Of a stretch of 64,000 nucleotides of DNA, positions 10,530 to 20,144 are shown in pieces (the stretch's first letter is position 1; the number at the start of each line of letters is the position of its first letter). The notes under the pieces are model-generated. The model searched no databases. It saw only the letters and a program-made list of their open reading frames with translations, and was not told the origin of the DNA. The DNA is from a virus: positions 64,001 through 128,000 of IMG/VR virus record IMGVR_UViG_3300026445_000027; one strand, given 5' to 3'. The translations under genes and the position numbers were made by a program.

Positions 10530-10932
10530 TGCCGTGCTCCAGTTCTTTGGACAGGTACTGTACCAGTTCGTTGAAACCAGGTGCTTCGGCGACGTTCACT
10601 TCCAAGCCTTCTTCTTGCGGCCAGGTATTGAACTGCTTGGCGCAAGGCAGAGTACCCGAAGTAGCCAGGGCGCCAGCAATCAGGTTGGTACGGCTGAACA
10701 CCGAGTTGTGGATGTAGGGAGCGTTAACTGGCGACACGCGGTTCCAGCATTCCAGCTGCTTCCACAGCTTGGCTTTGAACGCTTCTACGTTATGACCTGG
10801 GTGGCTGTAGTTGACCATCAGCGCTGCGCGGATGTAAGCCTCGTTGAGCAGGTGGGACTGCTCCATTGGGCAGAGCACACCTTTCTCGGTCAGGAAGTTC
10901 TTGATAGGCAATACGTGGACGAGATGCGACAT
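10522..10932 (-). CDS. Hypothetical/virion protein
   Basis: 136 aa, AGGAG RBS. Confidence 0.65.
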   Translation of the reverse strand: MSHLVHVLPIKNFLTEKGVLCPMEQSHLLNEAYIRAALMVNYSHPGHNVEAFKAKLWKQLECWNRVSPVNAPYIHNSVFSRTNLIAGALATSGTLPCAKQFNTWPQEEGLEVNVAEAPGFNELVQYLSKELEHGNE

Positions 10933-10944
10933 AGGGTTAACTCC

Positions 10945-12306
10945 TTATGCGAGGGTTTTTAGACGCTCAGCGAAGACCGTCATTTCGTTATTGACAAGTG
11001 CTTGAGTAAAGTGCTCGTGTTCGGACTTCTTGAAATCAGAACCTTTCAGCAACCAGCCAAGCATGCGCTTAAGGGCAGTACCCTCGTACCATGGCTTGAT
11101 GGTCTTGTTGATCTCGAGGAGTTTCTCGATATCTTTGAGCAATTCGGCTTTATCGGCAACTGGCATTTCTACTTCTTTCAGCTTGGCGATCAATTGTCGC
11201 ACAGCGTCTTCGAAGCGACGATGGTTGGAGTTGTACACCCCATGGAAGCCAGGCATGAAATACCCGATAACCGTGGCTACCAGGAAAATAAGCAACCCAC
11301 CTGCTGCCAGTACACTGAGTGGCACACCGGCCAATGCTAAGGTCAGCAGAGACCCGGCAAACAGCATAGCACTGATCAGGGTATAGACAATGCCGAACAT
11401 CATTGCGTTCATCACAGTCATGATGCAACCGTGGTCTACCAATGCGCCGATTGCTGCTACTACAGCCTTACCGCAACCCATACGGATGGCATAGACGTCA
11501 GCGATGACCTCACTAGACATCTCTTCTACACCGAGCGACAATGCCCGGGAGGTATTACGTTGCGCTACCAGCTTGTTGAAGAACAACAGCATAGCAGCGT
11601 CGCTTTCGTCTTGAGCGATCTCCTGGAGTTCTTGCTGCTTAGGTGCAGGTAGCTCCAGGAGCTGCGCTGTGTCTTTCAGCACAGTAATACGTTCTTCACG
11701 AGACTGACCCCCACGATAGTGGTTCAGTGCAGCACGAGCGATAACGTTGTCTGCGGCCATGGTAGCCATCAGCGCACAACCACCGTAGCAGTGACCCATC
11801 TCGTGTGTGATAGCACCGCTCAGTACTTCGTGCATCGGCACTTCGTACTTTTCGATTTTATCACTAGGGAAAGTTAGCTTGAGGTTGACGTTAATTTTCA
11901 TGGTAATAGGCAGGTCCTGGAAACTACCAGTGACCCGACCAGTACGGAAATCAACACCACCTTCAAAGACTTTCTCTTTGTTCTTTACGAACCACTTGTA
12001 AAGAGTGGTTTCCGCAGGCTTTAGGAACTCGTCCAGCCCTTTGGAGTTGAGTACGTGTTTGGGAGAAAAGTAGCCGACGTTGACCGAGAGGTTGCCATCT
12101 TCCACGAGTTCTATCTTGATATTACGAAAACCAATATACTCTTTGATAATGTCTTTGATGCCTTGGTAAGCATCCTTGGACAAAACCAGTTGCCCGTTTA
12201 TCATCTCTGCCAAATGGCTAGATAATTTTCTGTGAAAATCATCGCTTTGAAAATCGATGAATTCCAGACCTCCCCGTTGCATGGTCAGGAACGACATGGA
12301 AAGCAT
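10945..12306 (-). CDS. Zn-metallopeptidase-like virion protein with membrane segments
   Basis: HEMGH (HExxH) plus downstream EVIAD (ExxAD); about 50-residue hydrophobic stretch; start reassigned to 12306. Confidence 0.65.
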   Translation of the reverse strand: MLSMSFLTMQRGGLEFIDFQSDDFHRKLSSHLAEMINGQLVLSKDAYQGIKDIIKEYIGFRNIKIELVEDGNLSVNVGYFSPKHVLNSKGLDEFLKPAETTLYKWFVKNKEKVFEGGVDFRTGRVTGSFQDLPITMKINVNLKLTFPSDKIEKYEVPMHEVLSGAITHEMGHCYGGCALMATMAADNVIARAALNHYRGGQSREERITVLKDTAQLLELPAPKQQELQEIAQDESDAAMLLFFNKLVAQRNTSRALSLGVEEMSSEVIADVYAIRMGCGKAVVAAIGALVDHGCIMTVMNAMMFGIVYTLISAMLFAGSLLTLALAGVPLSVLAAGGLLIFLVATVIGYFMPGFHGVYNSNHRRFEDAVRQLIAKLKEVEMPVADKAELLKDIEKLLEINKTIKPWYEGTALKRMLGWLLKGSDFKKSEHEHFTQALVNNEMTVFAERLKTLA

Positions 12307-12380
12307 GGCTACCACCCCTATATTTTTAACTGAGTCGCTATGGATATAGCGCAAAATCGGCATAAAATGCAGGCCAAATA

Positions 12381-14183
12381 ATGACCACTACGAATTCACC
12401 AATTGTAGCTAGAGTTTGTAAAAGTGCTGGCTATAGTCTGCATCAAAGCGACCGTAGTCAAGACTTGTTGTGTGCAAAGATCACCAACATCCACGAAGAC
12501 GGTAGCCGTACCAATTCTTTCATTGCAATCAAGAACTACAAACAACCGTTCTGGATTGTAAAAGATGTACACCGTAAGTTCGAGCAACACAAGGATTACA
12601 TCAAAGAAACAATGGTTCGCGAGTACCGGTCACCACGGTGCCGTATCCCGTTTGAGGTCAAGAAACAGCTTTATGGAGCGGCAGACTATAAAGCTAGTAT
12701 GCGTGATGTTAAGTCTGAACAGTTTGTATTTGGTTTAGACCAGACCCCGCCAGTACACTTCAAGCGTCGGTTCTTTGAGAAATACGGGGAGATCCAAGAG
12801 AAAGAACCTTACACCTTAGCAGCGTTCGACGTCGAAGCCGACATGGATAAGCCGGACCAGCCGATTATCTGTGCTTCGGTCACCATGAAGGACAAGGCAT
12901 ATTTCGCTGGGGTGCGTAGCTGGTATAAAGAGGATAGTGATGAGACTATTCTCAGTAAACTTAAAGCGGCTGAAGACAAGTACGTTAAGGAACACGTTGA
13001 GCGTCGTAAGTGCAAGATTGTTTACGAACTGTTCGACACACCTGGTCAAGTAGTAGCGGCTTGTATCGGTAAGTTCCACGAGTGGGAACCAGACTGGGTA
13101 GCTAGCTGGAACGCAGCTTACGATATGGAAGCTTGCGAGAAGGCGCTTATCAAGGAAGGGTACAACCTAGCCGATATCTACTGCGACCCACGTGTACCTA
13201 AAGAGTTCCGCTCGTACGAGTACAACCCTGGTCGTACCCACAAGGTTAAAGAGAACGGTGATCGCACACCACTCGAGCCACAAGAGAAATTCCCAAGTGT
13301 CAGATGTCAGGCTACTTGGAAGTGGGCAGATGCCATGTCGGTATACGCCATTAAACGCTTCCCGTTCGGTAAGTTGGAATCGTACTCACTGGAAGCGATT
13401 GCTACTCGTGAGGAAGTGCCTGGTAAACTGTACACCGAGGAAGGCCGCGGGTGGGGTAACGGATCGCCACAGTGGCACCGGAACATGCAGCGTCAGCAGA
13501 AGTACCTGTACTCGATCTACAACATTGCCGATAACTGGCCGATTGAAGAGATCAACGAGAAGACGTTCGACTTCACACTGTCGTTACCGATGCTGTTAAG
13601 GTACTCTGAGTACTTCAACTTTGTGTCACAACCGACACTGATCTCGGATACCTTGTCGTTCGTGGCTAAAGAGCACGGTTATGTATGGGGTAGTACACCA
13701 CCTCGTCGTGATGACTTCTTTACTTCGCGTCTGCCTACACTGGGTGACTGGATTGCTCTGCTTGACACCGAGAAAAACTCGAGTCAGGGTAGCTTCCTGT
13801 TTGCTGGTCTGGAAGACGTACAGTCTCAAGGTCGTGCTGCTACATCTGACTTGGACGTGGAGGGTGCATACCCAACTGGTACACTGACTGGTAACGTGTC
13901 TAACACTACTACCATGATGGAAGTATATCGTATCCAAGGTGCTGACTCGATGCAGCTGCGTGAGATTGCTGTTAACTACGCAAGTAGTCCAGCGGCTAAC
14001 GCAATCAGTCTGGCTAACAAACTGTATGGCTTCCCACGTATCTCCGAACTCAAAGATGTGTTCGAGCGTTGCCTGGGTGAGCGCGGTATGGAAGCACAGC
14101 TGTACACGCTGCAGAATGCTAAACCGAAACCTGCTCCTGTTGTTGACGAAACCCTTAACCCAGACCTGCCAATGGCAGCATAA
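12381..14183 (+). CDS. Family-B DNA polymerase N-terminal/3'-5' exonuclease subunit (phiKZ gp82-like)
   Basis: Exo I FDVEAD, Exo II WNAAYD, Exo III YNIAD; motif-A-like DVEGAYP near the C-terminus. Confidence 0.75.
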   Translation: MTTTNSPIVARVCKSAGYSLHQSDRSQDLLCAKITNIHEDGSRTNSFIAIKNYKQPFWIVKDVHRKFEQHKDYIKETMVREYRSPRCRIPFEVKKQLYGAADYKASMRDVKSEQFVFGLDQTPPVHFKRRFFEKYGEIQEKEPYTLAAFDVEADMDKPDQPIICASVTMKDKAYFAGVRSWYKEDSDETILSKLKAAEDKYVKEHVERRKCKIVYELFDTPGQVVAACIGKFHEWEPDWVASWNAAYDMEACEKALIKEGYNLADIYCDPRVPKEFRSYEYNPGRTHKVKENGDRTPLEPQEKFPSVRCQATWKWADAMSVYAIKRFPFGKLESYSLEAIATREEVPGKLYTEEGRGWGNGSPQWHRNMQRQQKYLYSIYNIADNWPIEEINEKTFDFTLSLPMLLRYSEYFNFVSQPTLISDTLSFVAKEHGYVWGSTPPRRDDFFTSRLPTLGDWIALLDTEKNSSQGSFLFAGLEDVQSQGRAATSDLDVEGAYPTGTLTGNVSNTTTMMEVYRIQGADSMQLREIAVNYASSPAANAISLANKLYGFPRISELKDVFERCLGERGMEAQLYTLQNAKPKPAPVVDETLNPDLPMAA

Positions 14184-14192
14184 CAGACATAA

Positions 14193-14226
14193 CCCTACCC
14201 TAGCCCTTAGCGGGGCTAGGGTAGGG
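14193..14226. terminator. 14-bp hairpin between convergent genes
   Basis: ccctaccctagccc-ttagcg-gggctagggtaggg. Confidence 0.75.
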
Positions 14227-14239
14227 ACTATGCACGCAA

Positions 14240-15325
14240 TTAGATCGCGTAGATCTTGATCAGTGCCACGTGTGCTGCACGCAGACGCACGTTGGAGATC
14301 TCGATCAGCTTGGCTACTTTGATAGCCTGGTTCATTACCACACGCAGAGTGCCCAACAGCAACTTGAGACGCTCTTTGTCTTTACCTTCTTTGGCTTCCT
14401 TCATTTGCTTCTCAGTATCGTTGAAGATCGACTGCATCTTCGACTTCTTCTGATTGAAGGATTCACCCAGGGTTTTCATCGCATCGACGTTGGCCTGGAT
14501 AGCACGGCCGAAGGCTACTACTTTGCCTACAGTGTCCAGCTCCATTGCTTTATCAAGCATGGGGATGAAGGTGCGGTCTTTGACGATAACCTTGTTTACT
14601 TCAGCTTCGATATCGATCAATACATCCACAGCAGCATGGTTGGATTGCATGAGACGATCGTTGGCTTCAGAGTACTTGCGGTTTTTCTCGTCGGTAACGA
14701 TCTTGTTGAAACCGTTTTTGGCGGTAACAGCAGCTTTGATCGCCTCGGCGGCCTTGAGTTTGGCTTTCTTGTTAAGCTTGTGGATCTTTTTCAGAGCCAC
14801 CTTAACAGCCGCTTTGACTTCCTGAGGTGTGCGCGCAGCACGGAGCTCATCTGCCAGGGCCTGGTCACCGTTTTCCGCTGCGACGCTAGCCATGGCACTG
14901 GCTTGCTTCTTGGCGTCCTCGTCAGACTGGGTCCCGTTCTCGGCAGCAGTAGCGTCCTTGTTCTGCTCGTCGATCTCTTTCTTGGTCTTATCCGCTTCCT
15001 CAGCGTTGTCACGACCAAAGAAGAAACCCCACACCGACTTGAACATGTCGCACAGCCATTTCCAGGCAGCAGCAAAGCCGTTGCCAATGGCAGAGAACAC
15101 ACCACCTTCTTCGTTACCGGCCAGCTGGCTGTGACTGATCACACCGTTGGCGAACAGCACGCCAGCAAAGTAACGCTGGTTAGCAGTAAGGCTGATGGAC
15201 TCACCGCCAGCCACTGCATCCATTTGATCCACGGAGTCTTCCAGGGCATCCAACATTACGTTGACTTCTGGGAGGTCCGGTACAGCTTGTACGTAGTCCG
15301 TACTGTACTCGTCGGTGTTATCCAT
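14240..15325 (-). CDS. Internal head protein-like
   Basis: 361 aa; acidic propeptide, AGNEEG motif, amphipathic WKWLCDMFKSVWGFF helix, Lys/Ala-rich helices. Confidence 0.6.
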   Translation of the reverse strand: MDNTDEYSTDYVQAVPDLPEVNVMLDALEDSVDQMDAVAGGESISLTANQRYFAGVLFANGVISHSQLAGNEEGGVFSAIGNGFAAAWKWLCDMFKSVWGFFFGRDNAEEADKTKKEIDEQNKDATAAENGTQSDEDAKKQASAMASVAAENGDQALADELRAARTPQEVKAAVKVALKKIHKLNKKAKLKAAEAIKAAVTAKNGFNKIVTDEKNRKYSEANDRLMQSNHAAVDVLIDIEAEVNKVIVKDRTFIPMLDKAMELDTVGKVVAFGRAIQANVDAMKTLGESFNQKKSKMQSIFNDTEKQMKEAKEGKDKERLKLLLGTLRVVMNQAIKVAKLIEISNVRLRAAHVALIKIYAI

Positions 15326-15333
15326 GACGGTCC

Positions 15334-16116
15334 TTAGCGAGCCGCTACCAGTGTGTTGAAATACATGGTAACGTTTTGTTTACCGACTTCACGGAGATCT
15401 GCGATCACGGTAGCGATATCAGTTTGCTGACGCAGCCGCGCGCGGTTGGTCCAGTTCACTGCGATCTTGGTGAGGAAGGTCACGTAATCGGTGTAACGGT
15501 TGATGGACTGCTGGGAGTAGTGCCCCTGCAGGTTCTTGAGGAAGCGCAGCGCTTCGCCGGAACGGAACAGTTCCTTGTTGTCCACAATCATGCGGATCAG
15601 GGCATCTGTAACGATCTTGAATTTCTCGAAGTCCAGGCTGGTGGACTCACCGACGGTTTCGATGAAGCTCACTTGTTCCAGACGCTGTTCTTCGATACTG
15701 GCAAAGCCCACTTCACCTTTCAGGTGGCGCAGGTGCTTCTCGATGCGACGCAGCATGATGTTGGTAACAGCGCTGCCGCCATCTGCTACCATTTCAGGAC
15801 CAGGCACGACGTTTGGTACTTCGTCCAGGCTAGCTTCGCCCTTTTCCACTTCCAGGCTTACGTCGGGACCTGGTGCTGGTTCGGTGGGTTCGGTTGGATC
15901 TGGAGTAACTGGTTGTTCGGTCACTGGGCCTACCTCGTCGATTACTGGGGGAGTCCAGTCCGGTTCTGGTTCTGGTTCGGGCTCAACTGCGTCGATCGGA
16001 GTGATCGGTTCGCCTTTGAGGATTACATCACCTTCTTTTGGAGCTGCGGTTGCTGCTGCCACAGCAGCGGCCACTGCGGTAGTAGTAGCGGTAGGAGTCT
16101 TATCTTCCTTTGCCAT
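15334..16116 (-). CDS. Hypothetical protein with Pro/Glu/Thr low-complexity N-terminus
   Basis: Start reassigned to ATG 16116 (GAGG RBS); PEPEPEP and PTEPTEP repeats. Confidence 0.65.
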   Translation of the reverse strand: MAKEDKTPTATTTAVAAAVAAATAAPKEGDVILKGEPITPIDAVEPEPEPEPDWTPPVIDEVGPVTEQPVTPDPTEPTEPAPGPDVSLEVEKGEASLDEVPNVVPGPEMVADGGSAVTNIMLRRIEKHLRHLKGEVGFASIEEQRLEQVSFIETVGESTSLDFEKFKIVTDALIRMIVDNKELFRSGEALRFLKNLQGHYSQQSINRYTDYVTFLTKIAVNWTNRARLRQQTDIATVIADLREVGKQNVTMYFNTLVAAR

Positions 16117-16166
16117 GTCACAAACCTCTATTTCGAAATAGAATAAGCTGTTGCTGATCAGCATAA

Positions 16167-16200
16167 AATACCCCCTAGCCCGTTAAGGCTAGGGGGTATT
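16167..16200. terminator. 14-bp intergenic hairpin
   Basis: aataccccctagcc-cgttaa-ggctagggggtatt. Confidence 0.7.
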
Positions 16201-16205
16201 AAACG

Positions 16206-16673
16206 CTAACGGGGTTTTACTAATCGTGGATCAAAGCCAGCTTTACGGAGATCTTCCTGTTGCTCTTTCGGTAACCCTTGTCGCTGTTCTTCTGCTTTAC
16301 GACGGGCTTCTTCAGCCTTATCGCGTTTGTTGAGGCCTTTACTAACAGCCTCTAGAAACTCATCCACTACAGCAGACGGCATTTCCAGGTAGTCCTTAGG
16401 AGTCATTAACTCACCTAGCTTATGGTATCCGAAGTACTCACCTACCTGTTCCGTCGACCATGGGTGGAAGAAAGCGTTCTCAGCAGGGTTGTAGGCGATC
16501 GAGGAGTAAGGTGTACGTGTTTTAGGATCATAGCGCTCGAAGTTGATGTCTACCATCATTTTCTCATTGAGCAGCAAGGTCTCCGGTAGCATCTGTTTGA
16601 CAGACTTGCCCAACAGGCTACGAGTGATACCTTCATGAACCGTATTAAACGTTACCTTACCCCCCGGTCCCAC
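16206..16673 (-). CDS. Downstream (-1 frame) ORF of a probable frameshift pair
   Basis: GTG start with poorly spaced RBS; the frame is open back to the T7 run at 16754-16760. Confidence 0.6.
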   Translation of the reverse strand: MGPGGKVTFNTVHEGITRSLLGKSVKQMLPETLLLNEKMMVDINFERYDPKTRTPYSSIAYNPAENAFFHPWSTEQVGEYFGYHKLGELMTPKDYLEMPSAVVDEFLEAVSKGLNKRDKAEEARRKAEEQRQGLPKEQQEDLRKAGFDPRLVKPR

Positions 16674-16678
16674 TTTAC

Positions 16679-18370
16679 CTATTCGGAGAGGGCTTCTGCC
16701 CGTACGTCGTGGTTTTCCGCGGCGCTCTGAATCATCAGCAACTGGATGTGGGTAAAAAAAGCCATGATCGGATCGATCGGGGTGTAGCCCAGCTTACGCA
16801 GCTTGATGTTGTCCGGATCTTCCAGATGACCTTGGTTGGTCTTGCACTTCGGACAGTCGAAGTTCTGCAGGCCGACGAAGGTCTTCGACAGGAACGGTAC
16901 CTTGTTGATGATATCTCGGGTCAGCGCACGGTTGAGCCATGGGCTGTCCTTGATAACCTCCAATAGGCCGCCGTTGAAGTCGTTCATGTCTTTGGCATTC
17001 TGCCGATCCAGGATGTGGTCCTTGTCATCGGAGTCAGGTGCTGCCACAGCCACGAACTTCGAGATCCAGTGGATGTATTCGGTGGCGCCCAGGTCAGTGT
17101 ACAGCATATTGCGCTGGGTGTCGTACTCTTCCGGATCGATGATGCTGGTACGCAGTTCAGCCAGCTTAGGCGAGATCCGACCGGCGTAGTAGTCGAAGGT
17201 CATGAACGCATCGGCCAACGACGGCGAAGCCAGCTCCAGGTACAGCGACTGGTCTTCGTTGTACACCTTGTTGGTGTCCAAGCCGAAGTGTGCGGCATTG
17301 ATCAGCGCCAGGGTTTCTTCGCTGGTGTAGGTGACCTTATGGTTGAAGAGGTTGGCGTAGATAGCAGCCTCTTCATCCGTGGTGTGGTAGTCACGGTGGT
17401 GTACCAGGAGTTCAGGGTCTACCAGCTGGAAGTCCTTCCAATCGCAACCAGGCTTGGAGCAGATCAGTTGCATGCCAACACCTTTGCTGGTGTAAGCGCG
17501 CAGCAGAGCCATGGTCAGTGCATCGATATCCGACCAACGAATGATCGAGGCCAGCTGACGGTAGTCACCGATGTCGCTGATACTGGAATAGGTCAGACGC
17601 TCGGCAATGAAGTTCCAGATAACGCGAGCAGCAGCCACACGGGCCAGTACTACGCTATTGTTGTTCACTTGACGCACGTAGCCTTTGATCGACGCTTTGA
17701 TGTCGTTGATCAGCTGACCCATGTCCATCTTGGACGGACGAGCCATTACCAGCTTGGTGAACGAGTTGCGCAGCTCGATGTCGAACATCAAGCGGCCGTC
17801 TTCGGCCTTCAGGGAACGACGACGCATGATCTCAGAGTCTTTCAGACCCTTACCGCCGTTACCAGGCTTACGACCGGAGATATCTGGAGTTACCAGACCG
17901 CCACGGTCGGAGACGTTGGAGATTCCGAGTTCACGGATCGCATTGGACCGACTACGGACGTCGTCCAGGTATTCGGTGTAGAACGCCACCATGCGCTGTG
18001 CTTTGTCTTCGGCTTCTTCCAGAGTCAGGTCTGGATAGTTGTCTTCGACGAAGCGAGCCCAGTCTTGGTTCTGCTTTTCAGCAGCCAGGGCATAACGTTG
18101 TGGGTCTTCCTGCGCATAGCGCTCGACGGTAAGCTTCTGGATGTACGGAGACATCAGCTTAGCATCGTGGTCACGGCTTTCTTTACTGTTTCCAAGAAAT
18201 ACCGTGATGAAGCCCTGTGCCCGCTCGTCTTCAGTAAGCTGACGGATAAAGCTGTTCTTTGGCTCTACCCGGGTATTCATGGTGGTGTTGCCAGCCTCGT
18301 GCACCTGGCTATAGCTAGCCTTCGGGCGCTCTGGTACTGGTTGTCCTTCGTTCAGTTCGTCATTAGACAT
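16679..18370 (-). CDS. Putative tail/baseplate-hub assembly chaperone with Zn ribbon
   Basis: 563 aa; CSKPGC...CPKC; DPIMAFF encoded over a slippery T7 run. Confidence 0.5.
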   Translation of the reverse strand: MSNDELNEGQPVPERPKASYSQVHEAGNTTMNTRVEPKNSFIRQLTEDERAQGFITVFLGNSKESRDHDAKLMSPYIQKLTVERYAQEDPQRYALAAEKQNQDWARFVEDNYPDLTLEEAEDKAQRMVAFYTEYLDDVRSRSNAIRELGISNVSDRGGLVTPDISGRKPGNGGKGLKDSEIMRRRSLKAEDGRLMFDIELRNSFTKLVMARPSKMDMGQLINDIKASIKGYVRQVNNNSVVLARVAAARVIWNFIAERLTYSSISDIGDYRQLASIIRWSDIDALTMALLRAYTSKGVGMQLICSKPGCDWKDFQLVDPELLVHHRDYHTTDEEAAIYANLFNHKVTYTSEETLALINAAHFGLDTNKVYNEDQSLYLELASPSLADAFMTFDYYAGRISPKLAELRTSIIDPEEYDTQRNMLYTDLGATEYIHWISKFVAVAAPDSDDKDHILDRQNAKDMNDFNGGLLEVIKDSPWLNRALTRDIINKVPFLSKTFVGLQNFDCPKCKTNQGHLEDPDNIKLRKLGYTPIDPIMAFFTHIQLLMIQSAAENHDVRAEALSE

Positions 18371-18381
18371 AAAACAAACCC

Positions 18382-19149
18382 TTAGTTGATATCTTTGATC
18401 ACGCGAGGCTCGTCACCCATCGGGGTGAGTTCAGCCATGGAGATGTCACCAGCTTCGATGAACTCGGCGGGAAGGTCGTCTTCTTCATCGGCAGGCGACT
18501 CAGGTACTTCTACCTGGGCGATAGTACGATACAGGTGTTGAATACGGGCGATACGCTGGTCGTGCAACTCGAACGCGTAGTTCATGTCGGTAGTACCAGG
18601 TTCTTTGTGTTCTTTGGTGTACTCTTCGATCATTGCCTGGTTAGGCTTCAGCAGTTCTTCGAATACCGGACGGGCGTGGAAGTGCATGCACTCGGTCACG
18701 TTGTCGAACAGGTGGACGTAGATCTCGACGAAGTCGTCCATGGTCTGGCCTTCATCCATCAGGATGCGGATCGCAGTCATGTCTTCGGCGATTTGCACGA
18801 TCAGACGGTCGAAGTTGTCTACCAGTTCCTGAATAGCTGGCGTGAACTCGATCTTGCCCTCGTTCTTGAGGATCTCGGCAACTTCCACAGCGGAGTGGAT
18901 AGGTGCGAACATTTCCACGATGCCCAGGATCTGTTTAGTGACCTCCAGGTTATCCGGCAGTTTCTTGCCTTGCTTCTTGTCGACCAGAAGATCCTTGTAC
19001 TTTCCGACGGTAGCCATGATACCCTTGCTGGCCAGTTCGAACTGGAGCTTGGAATTGGAAACCCGACGGACTTCAGTCTTCTTGCCACCTTTACGCTTCT
19101 TAGCGCGTTGTTGACGTTTTGCTGCCATGGCTTGATTTTTAGTGCCCAT
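18382..19149 (-). CDS. Hypothetical protein with basic N-terminal arm and acidic tail
   Basis: 255 aa; AKRQQRAKKRKGGKK. Confidence 0.7.
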   Translation of the reverse strand: MGTKNQAMAAKRQQRAKKRKGGKKTEVRRVSNSKLQFELASKGIMATVGKYKDLLVDKKQGKKLPDNLEVTKQILGIVEMFAPIHSAVEVAEILKNEGKIEFTPAIQELVDNFDRLIVQIAEDMTAIRILMDEGQTMDDFVEIYVHLFDNVTECMHFHARPVFEELLKPNQAMIEEYTKEHKEPGTTDMNYAFELHDQRIARIQHLYRTIAQVEVPESPADEEDDLPAEFIEAGDISMAELTPMGDEPRVIKDIN

Positions 19150-19187
19150 GAATGCTATGTTCCCTTTGACCTGGTCGTGGAGTTTAT

Positions 19188-20144
19188 ATGTTAATCAATG
19201 CTGAAGAAGCCATTTTGCTAGCTGACGATGAAGACCTAGCGGCAAATGTCATCGGCGGCCCATGGTTGCTGTTTAAGCAAACCATCCCTGAGGCACAGGC
19301 TAAAATATTGGTCAATGCGTTTAATTTAATTCTGCTGACTGATGGCGCGACCAGTGAACCCGAAGAGATCGATGAAGACTCGATCATGGGACGTACCGGA
19401 TCACTCCTACCAGTCATGGTGCAGAACCTGTTAGTGGATGAGGCGGTGTCCACCCCTAACAAGAAAGCGCATATGTACGAGTTCATGATTGACAATACAA
19501 TGTCTTTATTACAAGGCATTGGTATCACCCTAGATGAGAAGTACACCACAGCAGAAATGCTGCCGTTCATCTGTAAGATAGGGTACTTCTTCTATGAGAT
19601 GCAGGGCTACCAAGACCTGATTGGTTTAGCTTCTTCGTTGGAGTCATATGACGTAGCCCCAGTAGATCGTTTCCTGCTGGTGATGCAACGTTATTTGGGT
19701 GAAGAAACCGACATGACCAACTACGAACTACTGGTGTCGGACGTCTCGGAAGTAACACTCAAAGCTATCAAAGACGGGTTGGAAGGTGACGACCCATCAG
19801 TAGGGCTCCCAGAGTCTCTGATCAAGCGTGTGAAGGCGAACATCCCTTCACTCGAAGGTACGATAGCCTACACGCACATTCGCTCCAATGGGCAGCTTGG
19901 GGGCTCTGTAGAGAGCTTCTTGAACTTCTTCCAACAAGAGCTTCGTCCACTGGTAGATAACCTTACTGGTGACAACGTCTTGCCATACCTCAAAGAACTG
20001 ATTGGTTTCTATCTGATCAGTGAGGTTAATGACCACGCCATCCGTAACCACCTGAACAAGGCAGTGTATGATCTGGTGGATGACATGGTTATTCTTAACA
20101 AGGCAGAAGCACTGATCAATAAGCTGGTACTCGCTAATGACTAA
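19188..20144 (+). CDS. Conserved protein upstream of the vRNAP subunit (phiKZ gp79-like by synteny)
   Basis: 318 aa, GGAG RBS, overlaps the next gene. Confidence 0.55.
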   Translation: MLINAEEAILLADDEDLAANVIGGPWLLFKQTIPEAQAKILVNAFNLILLTDGATSEPEEIDEDSIMGRTGSLLPVMVQNLLVDEAVSTPNKKAHMYEFMIDNTMSLLQGIGITLDEKYTTAEMLPFICKIGYFFYEMQGYQDLIGLASSLESYDVAPVDRFLLVMQRYLGEETDMTNYELLVSDVSEVTLKAIKDGLEGDDPSVGLPESLIKRVKANIPSLEGTIAYTHIRSNGQLGGSVESFLNFFQQELRPLVDNLTGDNVLPYLKELIGFYLISEVNDHAIRNHLNKAVYDLVDDMVILNKAEALINKLVLAND

